From the NCBI GenBank assembly GCA_038205935.1, contig JBBRBK010000014.1, positions 1 to 35,181 of the forward strand: a stretch of 35,181 nt of DNA, written 5' to 3'. The translations under genes were made by a program, and so were the position numbers. Origin of the DNA: Campylobacterales bacterium (GTDB lineage Bacteria > Campylobacterota > Campylobacteria > Campylobacterales > Sulfurimonadaceae). Below the pieces are notes generated by a model. It was given only the letters and a program-made list of their open reading frames with translations, searched no databases and was not told the DNA's origin. Every line of letters starts with the position of its first letter. Within the stretch, counting starts at the first letter, position 1. This document shows, in pieces, positions 9,575 to 19,696 of the stretch.

Positions 9575-9718
9575 GTGAAGACTAAAATCAAAAGAATTGT
9601 CAAGAAGCAAGTAAAAAATTTACTCAAAAAAGAGTTAAAGCAAGAAATCAAAAAACAGATGAAAACATACAAGCGAAAAGAAAAAATCGAGCATGGTGAA
9701 AAAGTAGTGGAAGAATAA
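9575..9718 (+). CDS. Lys-rich 47-aa small protein (not in ORF track)
   Basis: AAGGA RBS then GTG; MKTKIKRIVKKQVKNLLKKELKQEIKKQMKTYKRKEKIEHGEKVVEE. Confidence 0.5.
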   Translation: MKTKIKRIVKKQVKNLLKKELKQEIKKQMKTYKRKEKIEHGEKVVEE

Positions 9719-9791
9719 GGTACTACAATAATAATCAAATCCACCACTATAGCTTTTTTGCTGAGAGTCAAAGATTAAGGAGAATATCTCG

Positions 9792-9917
9792 TTAATGTTT
9801 TAAATGAGCAGCATTAATAAATGCCGTTTTTGTTGCTTCCCATGTAGTATCAATAGCTCTTGTAAGAGACTCAAGTCCGCTTCCGCCGATAATGCCTTTG
9901 ACAAGCTTGATGAGCAT
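9792..9917 (-). pseudogene. 41-codon ORF resembling the C-terminal part of the Sll1863-like protein
   Basis: GSGLESLTRAIDTTWEATKTAFINAAHLKH versus GEAYDSVKIGVESAWDTMASAFSDAGTKFKN; no RBS. Confidence 0.5.
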
Positions 9918-9933
9918 TGTTTATTACAATAGA

Positions 9934-9964
9934 ATAGTAGCTTCAGCAGGTTAATTTTGGGTTA
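9934..9964 (-). promoter_or_regulatory. TAACC-N6-TAACC-N9-TACTAT promoter
   Basis: Minus strand TAACC caaaat TAACC tgctgaagc TACTAT. Confidence 0.7.
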
Positions 9965-10003
9965 TTTTGCAAGGTGAGATATCTTTTAAGATTGCTAATA
10001 ATT

Positions 10004-10783
10004 TTAAACTTTTTCTTTACATGTAAGCGGAAATTGTATGGTAAAACAAGCACCATCATCAATATTTTCAGCTTTAATAGTTCCTTTGAAATGTTCTTCA
10101 ATGATGATCTTAGCCATATACAGACCGAGTCCTGTTCCCTCTGCCCCTTTAGTCGAAATGTAAGGCTCAAATATCGTCTCTAGTATATTAGTTGGAATTC
10201 CTCCGCCATTGTCGCTGAAGGAAAATCGGTATTCTTCTTTATCTGGGAGATGCTCGCAAAGAATGATGATTTTTCCATTTTCATTTTGTTGTTCACAAAT
10301 CGCATCTTTTGCGTTTGCAACAAGAGACAAAAGTACTTGAATAAGTTCACTTCCATATATGAAAAATTCCGTGGTGTCATGAAGTCGGATTTCTTGCTCA
10401 ATATTGTGAAATTTAAGGATTGGATAGGCTAGCGTGTGAAATTGTTCGCATATTTTTGAATCTGTAGACCACTCTTTTTCCATCTCTGGCTTTAAAAAAT
10501 TCTTGAAATCTTCTATAGTATTTGATAAATAGCTGATATTACGCTCAAGTACCGCTATGTCACTCAGCATTTCTTGACTAGGCGCTGGTGATGATAGTTC
10601 TTGAAGGTTCATTTTATTGGTAACCATTGCCATGACGGAGAGTGGTTGGCGCCATTGGTGCGCTATGATGCCAAGCATCTCACCAACAACTGCCGACCTA
10701 GCTTGAATGATAAGTGTCTCTTCTAATATTTTGTAGCGCTTCTCAGCTTCACTTTTTATAGCGATTTTTTGAAGCTTTTTCAT
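10004..10783 (-). CDS. Cytoplasmic histidine kinase without sensor domain
   Basis: IAHQWRQPL H-box within the first 50 residues; SLVANA, DNGGG, EPYISTK, GTGLGL. Confidence 0.88.
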   Translation of the reverse strand: MKKLQKIAIKSEAEKRYKILEETLIIQARSAVVGEMLGIIAHQWRQPLSVMAMVTNKMNLQELSSPAPSQEMLSDIAVLERNISYLSNTIEDFKNFLKPEMEKEWSTDSKICEQFHTLAYPILKFHNIEQEIRLHDTTEFFIYGSELIQVLLSLVANAKDAICEQQNENGKIIILCEHLPDKEEYRFSFSDNGGGIPTNILETIFEPYISTKGAEGTGLGLYMAKIIIEEHFKGTIKAENIDDGACFTIQFPLTCKEKV

Positions 10784-11493
10784 CAGATATTTTTTAAAAG
10801 GGCTATAGAGTACCCGATGTTACTATGTGTTACGATGGCGTCATAGCCGATTTTGTCTCGCAGTTTTTTTATAAGGGTTTTTACAGAACTCTCAGATACA
10901 TAGTTAAAATCCCATAACTCTTCTTCAATGGATGTTTTACTCAGTATGGCATTTCTATTTTTTATAAGTAAAGATAAGAGAGCAAGCTCTTTTTGAGAGA
11001 CCTCTATATTTTTTCGAGAAGCTGTTTCATAAACAACACTATCTACTAGATCAAATGAGGCTCCGCCTTTTATTGTATAGGTTATAGAAGATCGCTGTTC
11101 GATGCGCTCGACGGTTTTGTGAAGAGTTTCAAAGAGATTATCAAGTAAAACTGGTTTGACTAAGTAAGCATCAAGCCCAAGAGGAATAGCGGCATGGAGA
11201 AAATCTCGCTCAAAACACGCACTCAAAAAGATAACAGAAATAGCGGATCTCTCACTACGTAAATGCTTTATAAAATCAATACCGCTTATCTTTGGCATGT
11301 ACAAATCAGTAATAATAATATCGACAGTATTTTGCTCGATAATAGTATACGCATCTTTTGGACCTGTAGCTGAGTAAACATTTGCAAAATAGGGTTTTAA
11401 CACCAAAACTAAATATTGTAAAAATTCTTCCTCGTCATCAACGCACAACACTGAATAGCGATTGAAACAAGACATAGCGCCTAAATCCACCAA
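10783..11493 (-). CDS. OmpR-family response regulator
   Basis: CVDDE, TDLYMP, YLVKP receiver motifs; KTLIKKLRDKIG...IGY winged helix. Confidence 0.92.
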   Translation of the reverse strand: MVDLGAMSCFNRYSVLCVDDEEEFLQYLVLVLKPYFANVYSATGPKDAYTIIEQNTVDIIITDLYMPKISGIDFIKHLRSERSAISVIFLSACFERDFLHAAIPLGLDAYLVKPVLLDNLFETLHKTVERIEQRSSITYTIKGGASFDLVDSVVYETASRKNIEVSQKELALLSLLIKNRNAILSKTSIEEELWDFNYVSESSVKTLIKKLRDKIGYDAIVTHSNIGYSIALLKNI

Positions 11494-11631
11494 TACTCAT
11501 CCCCCCCCCTCAATCTATATTTTACTAAAAATGATTTTAACTTCTTTGTATAGTATAGCACACAAAAAGATATATTATAATTTTCTGTAATAACTCGGTT
11601 GATCTCTCTATCATCTTTTAAAAGTCGTACA

Positions 11632-14600
11632 TTAATGAAGATATTTTTGTTTTATATATACCTCGTAAAGTATTGGGATTATGATAAGACTCAACACTGA
11701 TGAGCTCACTATTCCTCCTATCATTGGCGCTGCGATGCGTTGCATGATCTCACTTCCCACACCATTTGAATACATGATCGGCAAAAGTCCTGCGATGATG
11801 GCAAATACAGTCATGAGCTTAGGGCGGAGTCTTCTAATGGCTCCATCATAAATGGCATCTTTGAGATTTTGCACATCAAAAGCTTCTCCGTATTTTTCTA
11901 GTGAATTTTTCACACTCTCTTGCAAATAAACGATCATCACGATCGCTGATTCTGAGGCTATGCCAAGAAGTGCTAAAAATCCGACTATCACGGCAATACT
12001 CATATTGAAATGCAGTAGTTGCATGTAGACTAATCCGCCCAAAAGAGCAAAGGGAAGCGTGAAAAATACAATGAGAGATGCGGTGATATCCCTGAGCGCA
12101 AAATAGATAAGCACAAACACAATGAGTATGACGGCTGGAATGATCCATATCATCTTCGCAAGAGCTGATTCAAGGTACTCGCTTTCTCCTGCAAACTGCA
12201 TATAGTACCCATCTGGAAGCTTGATCTTTTTTAAGACCTTTTGTGCTTTTTCTTTATAAATGGTTGAACTTACACCCTCTTTTGGCGTGATATAAATATA
12301 AGTCACAGGAAGAGCCATTTCGCTTTTGATGATGGATGCACTCTCTTTATAAGAAAGTGTAGCAAAGGTACGAAGCGGCATAAATCCAAGAGGTGTTTTG
12401 ATCATAATATTTTGGATGGATGAGAGAGAATCTCTTTCATCCTCGGAGAGTCTCATAGTTATCGCGTAGCGCTCCAAACCATTGTACATCGTAGACACCT
12501 TCGCACCTCCGATAGCAAATGAAGTGTAAGAAAGCAATGTATCTTTTGTGATGCCATAACGCTTGAGCGCTTCTTCGTTAATATCAATATTTAAGTAGTA
12601 TCCCGCAGTCGCTTTATCTGCAAAAACAGACATCGTCATATCTTCGGCTTTGAGCGTTTGCTCTATCTGAGTTGCATAAAACTGCAGTTTTGTGGCATCT
12701 TTTCCATAAAGTTTTATCCCTATGGGCGTGCGGATTCCGCTAAGAAGCATATCTATACGCCCTTTGATGGGATACGTCCAAGAGTTCACAAGACCGCTTA
12801 CATGTAGGGCGTTTTCCATGTCGTCTTGAAGCTTTTTATAGGTCATCCCTTTTGGCCACTCACTTTGGGGCTTGAGAGTGATGATAGATTCAAGCATTCC
12901 AAGAGGTGCGGGATCAGTCGCACTATCTGCGCGTCCGCCTTTACCAAAAACACTTTGTACTTCAGGAAAGCTTTTGATGATGGCATCCGTTTTTTGTGTC
13001 AACTCTTTGCTTAAGTCGATGCTCGTTCCATACGGCGTGACGGGCATATACATAAAGGTCTGTTCGTTAAGGGTGGGCATAAACTCCCATTTGAGTGCGG
13101 TGTAAAGAGGATAGATAGAAGCCAAAGAAAGTACAAGTAATAGTAAAACAACATATCTGAGTTTGAGACTATACACTAAAAGCGGATGATAAAGAAAGGT
13201 AAAAAATCTGTTTAAAAAGTTTTTCTCTTCTGATGGAATCTTACCGCCTAGAAAATAGATCATAAGCACAGGCACAAGCGTGATGGAGAGAATCGCTCCC
13301 GCACTCATGGCAAAAGTTTTAGTAAATGCTAAGGGCGAAAAAAGCATCCCCTCTTGTCCGCTTAAAGAAAATATCGGTAAAAATGAGACAACGACGAGGA
13401 TAAGTGCAAAAAAGATAGGACGCCCGACAAGCTGAGATGACTTTATGATGGCATCGATCCTTTCTTTTTTCGTAACTTCACCTTTTTCTTGAAGTTTATG
13501 AAGCGTCTGGTGGGCATTTTCTATCATGATAATAGAGGCATCAACCATCGCACCTATGGCAATGGCGATACCTCCAAGACTCATAATATTTGAGCCAATA
13601 TTAAAGAGTTTCATCAGTAAAAAGGTCACGCCGATCGTCAGAGGTAAAACTATCAAGATTATAAGAGCACTTCGTAAGTGCATCAAAAAAAGAGCGATAA
13701 TGATAATGACTATAATCGACTCTTCATAGAGTGTATGTTTGAGCGTGTCGACTGCTTTATCTATAAGGCTTGATCTATCGTAAGTTGTCGTAATATCAAC
13801 ATCGGCGGATTTGAGCGTGGAGAGTTTTTTCTTTACATTTTGAATCGTCTTATAGACATCCGCGCCATATCTTACTATCACGATCCCGCCGACGACTTCG
13901 CCCTCACCGTTAAGGTCGGCCATCCCTCGCCTTGAAGCTGGGACAATCTCTACTCTTGCAATATCGCCGATGGTAAGCGGGATACCATTTTTTGTCGTGA
14001 TACTTAAATTTCGTATATCATCAAGATTATTGACATATCCCTTTGCCTGAACCATCCACTCATAACCGTTTTTGTTGATGACTCTTCCACCTGTATTATT
14101 GTTATTTTGCTGGATAGTTTTTGCAATATCTTGAATGTCAAGGTTATACCGAATTAGCATATCTTTTTTTATAGTGACTTGATAACTTGGCACAAATCCG
14201 CCGATGGATGCTACTTCACTGACACCATCCACGCCAAGAAGAGCATTTTTATAGTAGTAATCCTGCAGTGTTCGAAGCTCTGCGAGATTTTTTGTCTTGG
14301 ATGTGAGTGCATACTCATACACCCAGCCCACGCCGCTTGCATCAGGCCCCAGTGAGACCTGCATATTTGTCGGCAGACTTGAGCCAATTGAAGAGAGCTG
14401 TTCAAGAACTCTGCTTCTGGCTTTATAGATATCTGTTCCCTCTTTGAAGATGATGTAGATAAGTCCATTCTCATAGCTTGAAAATCCTCTTACCGTTTTC
14501 ACATTTGGCGTCGAGAGCAGAGCTGTAATAAGCGGATAGGTGCCCTGCTGTTCGATGATATCAGGCGATTGTCCTGCCCATTTTATCTGTAAGATGACTT

Positions 14601-14739
14601 GCGGAGGAGAAATATCCGGCAGGGCATCAAGCGCGGTATTTTTGATAGACCATACAGAAGCGCCGATGATTAAAAGTGTAAATATCAGAAGTAAAAATCT
14701 GTTTTTTACACTAAGAGCTATGAGTTTTTCTATCATCAT
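11632..14739 (-). CDS. cusA: CusA/CzcA heavy-metal RND permease
   Basis: LDALPDIS, GPDASGVG, NIMSLGGIAIAIGAMVDA, RLRPKLMT, RIAAPMIGG. Confidence 0.93.
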   Translation of the reverse strand: MMIEKLIALSVKNRFLLLIFTLLIIGASVWSIKNTALDALPDISPPQVILQIKWAGQSPDIIEQQGTYPLITALLSTPNVKTVRGFSSYENGLIYIIFKEGTDIYKARSRVLEQLSSIGSSLPTNMQVSLGPDASGVGWVYEYALTSKTKNLAELRTLQDYYYKNALLGVDGVSEVASIGGFVPSYQVTIKKDMLIRYNLDIQDIAKTIQQNNNNTGGRVINKNGYEWMVQAKGYVNNLDDIRNLSITTKNGIPLTIGDIARVEIVPASRRGMADLNGEGEVVGGIVIVRYGADVYKTIQNVKKKLSTLKSADVDITTTYDRSSLIDKAVDTLKHTLYEESIIVIIIIALFLMHLRSALIILIVLPLTIGVTFLLMKLFNIGSNIMSLGGIAIAIGAMVDASIIMIENAHQTLHKLQEKGEVTKKERIDAIIKSSQLVGRPIFFALILVVVSFLPIFSLSGQEGMLFSPLAFTKTFAMSAGAILSITLVPVLMIYFLGGKIPSEEKNFLNRFFTFLYHPLLVYSLKLRYVVLLLLVLSLASIYPLYTALKWEFMPTLNEQTFMYMPVTPYGTSIDLSKELTQKTDAIIKSFPEVQSVFGKGGRADSATDPAPLGMLESIITLKPQSEWPKGMTYKKLQDDMENALHVSGLVNSWTYPIKGRIDMLLSGIRTPIGIKLYGKDATKLQFYATQIEQTLKAEDMTMSVFADKATAGYYLNIDINEEALKRYGITKDTLLSYTSFAIGGAKVSTMYNGLERYAITMRLSEDERDSLSSIQNIMIKTPLGFMPLRTFATLSYKESASIIKSEMALPVTYIYITPKEGVSSTIYKEKAQKVLKKIKLPDGYYMQFAGESEYLESALAKMIWIIPAVILIVFVLIYFALRDITASLIVFFTLPFALLGGLVYMQLLHFNMSIAVIVGFLALLGIASESAIVMIVYLQESVKNSLEKYGEAFDVQNLKDAIYDGAIRRLRPKLMTVFAIIAGLLPIMYSNGVGSEIMQRIAAPMIGGIVSSSVLSLIIIPILYEVYIKQKYLH

Positions 14740-14745
14740 TGATTC

Positions 14746-15732
14746 CTAATACAGACCGTTTATCTGCGCGTCGCTGTCCATCATAAAGAGCGCATTGTTT
14801 ACGACTTCATCACCATTTTGAAGACCTTTGACTCTGTACGAGTGAGCATCGATCTCTTTGGCTTCGATAGCGCGCGGCGTATATTCTCCCTCAAAATCTC
14901 CTTTGACAAAGACATAATATTTCCCGTTTTTAAAGATAACCGCCGAAGATGGCAAAGTCAGATAATTTTCTTTTTTCATATCTGCACTCACACTTACATA
15001 CATACCGCTCAAGAGTTTTCCTTTTGGATTTTGCACACTGACTCTAAGAGTAAAAGGAGCATCTTTGGCACTGAGTTTTGGATAAAGCAACTCTTTTTTT
15101 GCTTTAAAATCCCCAGCTGGGGAGCTGATAGTAAACTCATTCATTTTTGATACGAGATCAAGGTCTTGAGGATAGATCGCGACTTCAACCCAGACGTTTG
15201 AAAGATTGACAATTTTGAAGAGGGTTTGTTTTGTCGAAAATGCTGAACCTTTAACAACATTTTTTTCATAGACATAACCGCTTGAAGGTGCATAGATGTT
15301 TGTTGTGCGTGAAGTTTTACCCTCTTTTTCTATCATCTCTATCTCTTTTGTACTAACCCCCAAAAGTATCAGTCGCTCTTTTGCGCTCTCAAGCATTGCT
15401 TTGTTTGGAAATTTTTTAGTAAAACTAAAGATGCTCAGATATTCATCTTTTGCGCGCAACACTTCAGGCGAGTATGCCGTTGCCAAAAGAGCGCCTTTTT
15501 GGACATACATGTAGCTTTTATTTGCTTTAAGTTCTTCGATATAACCATCAAATCTTGGAGTAACATCATAAACTTTTGAATCATCCTCTTTGACATAACC
15601 ATAATATGTTTGGCTTTGTGCCCCGTTCACGCTCTTGACCTTTATAGTTTGTACATTAAAAAGCTGTTTGACCGTTACATCTTTTGCAAAGATGCTTACA
15701 TGTAAGAGCAATAATAGTGTTAAATATTTCAT
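14746..15732 (-). CDS. cusB: CusB-type periplasmic adaptor
   Basis: RFDGYIEEL, YSPE, APSSG, F.MDSDAQ; directly upstream of the RND permease. Confidence 0.88.
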   Translation of the reverse strand: MKYLTLLLLLHVSIFAKDVTVKQLFNVQTIKVKSVNGAQSQTYYGYVKEDDSKVYDVTPRFDGYIEELKANKSYMYVQKGALLATAYSPEVLRAKDEYLSIFSFTKKFPNKAMLESAKERLILLGVSTKEIEMIEKEGKTSRTTNIYAPSSGYVYEKNVVKGSAFSTKQTLFKIVNLSNVWVEVAIYPQDLDLVSKMNEFTISSPAGDFKAKKELLYPKLSAKDAPFTLRVSVQNPKGKLLSGMYVSVSADMKKENYLTLPSSAVIFKNGKYYVFVKGDFEGEYTPRAIEAKEIDAHSYRVKGLQNGDEVVNNALFMMDSDAQINGLY

Positions 15733-16925
15733 AGTTTATCTCCAGTCAGTGCAAGTAGGCTTGCTTGCGTTTTGTAAAATTGGGCTGTTACTTTTATGAT
15801 ATCTTCTTGAAGTTTGAGTTTTCTATTTAGCATTGCTAGATACTCCAGTGAGGAGTCTTTACTCTTTGCCGAAGTAGCTACGAGATCAAAAAGATGTTCC
15901 ACTTGCGGCATTGACTCATCGCTGAGAATTTTATAATTCGCGTAATCGTTTTGCAACTTTTCATAGAGCTGTGATACTTGAGAGCTAAGTTTTTCTTTTA
16001 AGTCACTCTCTTCAAACCTTTTAGCAAGAAGAAGTTTTTTAGCTTCTTCCTCACTCTCTTTTTGCGTTCCATAAAGTGGCAAAGATGCGCCCACTGTGAT
16101 AGCTGCATAATCAGGATGGTTTTGCCTGTAGTAGTATCCAGCTTGAATGTAAGGGTCTATTTTTTGGGAGAGCTCTTTGATATGAAGATCAGATTTTTGG
16201 ATTCCGAGTTCTGCATTCTTTACATGTAAGACGCTCGAATCTCCTATTTTGTCTTGATAAAAGAGAAGAGTTTTTGGTTTCTGTACGCTAAGAGAGAGTT
16301 CAAGGTTTTCTACTTTTTCTCCTGCGAGATAGGAGAGTTGTTCATAAAGAGCGTTTCTTTGACTTAGAAGTGAATTTCTTTTTATCTTTTGCTCACTGAG
16401 GGAAAGCCCTGCATTCATCAAGGCTAATTGTGTATTGCCCGACGTGACGTAATATGCTTCGTTGAGAGAGATAGTCTGTTTGATGATATCCATAGCGCTA
16501 TCAGCGATAAGAATCCCCTGCTCTGTTTCCCAAATAGAATAAGCCGTAACTCTTATCTCTTTTGCAAGTTCAGTTCTTAAATCCTCCAAACTCATATTTA
16601 ACAATCTTTTTTGTGACTCGACCATCTGCGTCTGCGCGTCGCGTTTTCCAAAATAAGGAATTTTTTGTTTGATATTTAAAGAACTAAACTGCATCGGCTC
16701 GATTGTACGATCGGTGGGATTAGAAAACTGAATATCGTTGATGGTGAATGAAACTTCTGGATCAGAGAAGTTTCTTGAGATCTCTTTTTCATTATCCAGT
16801 GCTGCAAGACGCTGTTGTATACTCTTAAGAGAACCATGATCTTCCATAGAGTGAGAGATCAAAGCATCAAGAGTTTGTGCTTGTAAAAAACTTGCAATAC
16901 TAAGCCATAAGAAAAGAGTTTTCAT
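15729..16925 (-). CDS. TolC-family outer-membrane efflux protein (CrdB-like)
   Basis: QKIPYFGKR and GASLPLY motifs; operon context. Confidence 0.85.
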   Translation of the reverse strand: MKTLFLWLSIASFLQAQTLDALISHSMEDHGSLKSIQQRLAALDNEKEISRNFSDPEVSFTINDIQFSNPTDRTIEPMQFSSLNIKQKIPYFGKRDAQTQMVESQKRLLNMSLEDLRTELAKEIRVTAYSIWETEQGILIADSAMDIIKQTISLNEAYYVTSGNTQLALMNAGLSLSEQKIKRNSLLSQRNALYEQLSYLAGEKVENLELSLSVQKPKTLLFYQDKIGDSSVLHVKNAELGIQKSDLHIKELSQKIDPYIQAGYYYRQNHPDYAAITVGASLPLYGTQKESEEEAKKLLLAKRFEESDLKEKLSSQVSQLYEKLQNDYANYKILSDESMPQVEHLFDLVATSAKSKDSSLEYLAMLNRKLKLQEDIIKVTAQFYKTQASLLALTGDKL

Positions 16926-16934
16926 CAGACCTCT

Positions 16935-17315
16935 TTAGATATTCAAAGAGGTTTTTATACGGATTTTTTGTCCGCTTTTTGGAGAAATGTAGATCCAAAC
17001 CTGCCAAGTACCGCTCATAGAAAAGTTGATATCTATTTTATAGACACCATTACCCATAGCTTTTGCATTACTTTGCATCTCCATAGGTGGCATTCCCGGC
17101 ATTTCAGGCATAAACACTTTGAGGGCTACTTGTGCATCCTTATATTTTAGATCTTTAATGCTTACATGTAAGGAGTTATTTCCCGTAGTCAGAGGTTTAT
17201 CTGAGCTAATAACAGCCGTGACACCTCCGCCGTTAGCAGTTTTTTCAAACGCCGCAGCTTGAAGAAGTGAGACACTTAAAAGCATCAGAGTCAATATTTT
17301 GATTAGCTTTTTCAT
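16935..17315 (-). CDS. crdA: CrdA/YtkA-like Met-rich periplasmic copper protein
   Basis: Signal peptide; MPEMPGMPPM; FSMSGTWQV; first gene of the efflux operon as in Helicobacter crdAB-czcBA. Confidence 0.75.
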   Translation of the reverse strand: MKKLIKILTLMLLSVSLLQAAAFEKTANGGGVTAVISSDKPLTTGNNSLHVSIKDLKYKDAQVALKVFMPEMPGMPPMEMQSNAKAMGNGVYKIDINFSMSGTWQVWIYISPKSGQKIRIKTSLNI

Positions 17316-17337
17316 TTTCTATCCTTTTGTTTTCATT

Positions 17338-17369
17338 ATTATATTTGAGATGTGTGAGGAGTTTGTGAG
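17338..17369 (-). promoter_or_regulatory. CTCAC-N6-CTCAC-N10-TATAAT promoter of the crdA-TolC-cusBA operon
   Basis: Minus strand CTCAC aaactc CTCAC acatctcaaa TATAAT. Confidence 0.8.
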
Positions 17370-17377
17370 AACTCCAT

Positions 17378-19672
17378 CTAAATTTTTAAGTTTTTTAAAC
17401 GAAGTGCGTTTGTGATAACTGAAACAGAACTAAAGCTCATAGCCGCCGCGGCAATCATAGGAGAGAGAACAATCCCAAAAAATGGATAGAGTGCTCCTGC
17501 TGCTATCGGAATTCCGACACTATTGTAGATAAAAGCAAAAAATAGATTCTGTCTAATGTTTTTCATAGTTGCACGAGAGAGTTTAAGCACTTTCACAATG
17601 CCTAGCAAATCTCCTTTTATAAGAGTAACCCCTGCACTCTCAATTGCCACATCCGTTCCATCTCCCATGGCTATTCCCACATCAGCCTGAGCCAATGCCG
17701 GAGCATCGTTAATACCATCTCCAGCCATTGCTACAATTGCTCCATTTTTTTGTAACTCTTTTATGACATCCGCTTTGCCCTCTGGCAATACATTTGCATA
17801 AATTTTCTCAATTGAGAGTTTTTTGGCAACAGCCTTGGCTGTAAATTCATTGTCTCCACTTAACATGACGACCGTTATTCCCTCATCGGCGAGCTGTTTC
17901 ACTGCTTCTATTGAGGTCTCTTTTATAGGGTCTTCGATGGCAATAATCGCGCAATACCGAGAATCTATGGCCATAAAGATGATCCCCTTCGCATCATTTC
18001 TCATCTCATCTGCTCTTTCTTTTATATTTTGAATAGATATATCATACTCTTGTAAAAGTTTCTCACTGCCTAAGATGATTTTTTTACCATCTATCTCAGC
18101 CACGACACCTTTACCAGGGATGGCTTCAAAGTTTTCACTATTTATGAGTGCTATATTGGACTCTTTTGCGTATTCTATAACGGACTGTGCAAGGGGATGT
18201 TCACTCGCACGCTCCAATGAAGCTGCATACTTGAGCACTTCATCTTTGTCATACCCCTCCGCTACAATGAAATCTGTCACTTTTGGTTTTCCAAGTGTCA
18301 GAGTTCCTGTTTTATCAACTACCAGTGTATTGACTTTTTCCATGGTCTCCAAAGTTTTTGCGTCTTTGATTAATATCCCCGAGAGTGCAGCGCGACCGGT
18401 TCCTACCATTATGGATATTGGGGTTGCAAGACCTAAGGCACAAGGACAGGCAATAATTAAAACAGAAACAGCGGCGACAACGGCATAAGCTAGTTGTGGC
18501 TGGGGTCCAAAAAACCACCATCCTATAAAAGCAAATATGGCGGACAAGACGACCGCCGGAACAAAATAGCCAGACACAGTGTCAGCCAACTGCTGAATAG
18601 GTGCACGCGAGCGTTGTGCCTGAGCTACCATCTGAACAATTTGAGAGAGCATTGTCTCGCTTCCTACTTTTGTCGCCTGCATAATCAGTGTTGAATTTTT
18701 GTTGATGGTCGCACCAATGAGTGAGTCACCCTGAGTTTTTTGAACAAGAATAGGCTCACCCGTTATCATAGACTCATCAATATTGCTTTGCCCTTCTATG
18801 ACAATACCATCAACAGGTATTTTTTCTCCGGGTTTTACTCTGAGCTTATCGCCTTTATGAATGAGCTCAAGAGCTACATCTTCTTCGTTGCCACTATCGT
18901 CTATGATTTTGTGCGCTTGTTTTGGTGCGAGATTTAAAAGCGTTTTTATAGCCGTATTTGTTTTACTGCGAGCACGAAGTTCTAAAACCTGACCTAAAAG
19001 AACAAGTGCCGTAATGACCGCCGCTGCTTCAAAGTAAACATGAACAAGTCCCTCTTCTGTCTGCATAAGCGGTGGAAAAATCGCAGGTAAAAGAAGTGCA
19101 ACAATACTGTAGAGATAAGCAGCGCCAACACCCATAGAAATAAGAGTAAACATGTTTAAGTTCCAACTCCTTAGTGATTGATACCCTTTTACATAAAAAG
19201 GCCAACCAGCCCAAAGGACTACAGGTGTTGCCAGAAAAAATTCTATCCACTGCACTGTTTGAGATGAAAGCGATGATGGGATATACCCCGGCATCAAATC
19301 ATGAATCATGGCTAAAAGAAATAAAGGAACTGACAAAGCGGTACTAATCCAAAAACGCCTGCTCATATCTTCAAGCTCATCATTTTTTTCTTCTGCCTCA
19401 ACGGTAATTGGTTCTAAATGCATACCGCATTTTGGACAATCTCCCGGCTCATCACGAATAATTTCGGGATGCATAGGACAGGTGTATTGTGTTTTGATTG
19501 TCGGCAGTGCCTCAACCTCTTTTTCCAGTGCCATGCCGCATTTAGGACAGTTTCCAGGATGATTTTGGTGTATTTCAGGATGCATAGGACAGGTGTAGAA
19601 AACATTTCCAAGTTCACAAGAATCACTTTCACAGTAAATATTCTCTTTATTATTGTGTTTATATACTTTCAT
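17378..19672 (-). CDS. copA: Cu(I)-translocating P1B-type ATPase
   Basis: Two YTCPMHP...CPKCGM domains; [33 protein letters not shown]. Confidence 0.96.
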   Translation of the reverse strand: MKVYKHNNKENIYCESDSCELGNVFYTCPMHPEIHQNHPGNCPKCGMALEKEVEALPTIKTQYTCPMHPEIIRDEPGDCPKCGMHLEPITVEAEEKNDELEDMSRRFWISTALSVPLFLLAMIHDLMPGYIPSSLSSQTVQWIEFFLATPVVLWAGWPFYVKGYQSLRSWNLNMFTLISMGVGAAYLYSIVALLLPAIFPPLMQTEEGLVHVYFEAAAVITALVLLGQVLELRARSKTNTAIKTLLNLAPKQAHKIIDDSGNEEDVALELIHKGDKLRVKPGEKIPVDGIVIEGQSNIDESMITGEPILVQKTQGDSLIGATINKNSTLIMQATKVGSETMLSQIVQMVAQAQRSRAPIQQLADTVSGYFVPAVVLSAIFAFIGWWFFGPQPQLAYAVVAAVSVLIIACPCALGLATPISIMVGTGRAALSGILIKDAKTLETMEKVNTLVVDKTGTLTLGKPKVTDFIVAEGYDKDEVLKYAASLERASEHPLAQSVIEYAKESNIALINSENFEAIPGKGVVAEIDGKKIILGSEKLLQEYDISIQNIKERADEMRNDAKGIIFMAIDSRYCAIIAIEDPIKETSIEAVKQLADEGITVVMLSGDNEFTAKAVAKKLSIEKIYANVLPEGKADVIKELQKNGAIVAMAGDGINDAPALAQADVGIAMGDGTDVAIESAGVTLIKGDLLGIVKVLKLSRATMKNIRQNLFFAFIYNSVGIPIAAGALYPFFGIVLSPMIAAAAMSFSSVSVITNALRLKNLKI

Positions 19673-19696
19673 GACACTCCTTCTTGTTTTACTGCA

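Noticed and set aside
9559..9771. Hydrophobic 70-aa minus-strand ORF
   Set aside because: Antisense shadow of the Lys-rich plus-strand ORF, which has the RBS.
6690..10046. Integron-like cassette array
   Set aside because: No integrase or attC-like structure; shared flanks are better explained by duplication and deletion.
19407..19600. Internal DNA repeat at the copA 5' end
   Set aside because: Explained by the two YTCPMHP metal-binding domains common in this ATPase subfamily.
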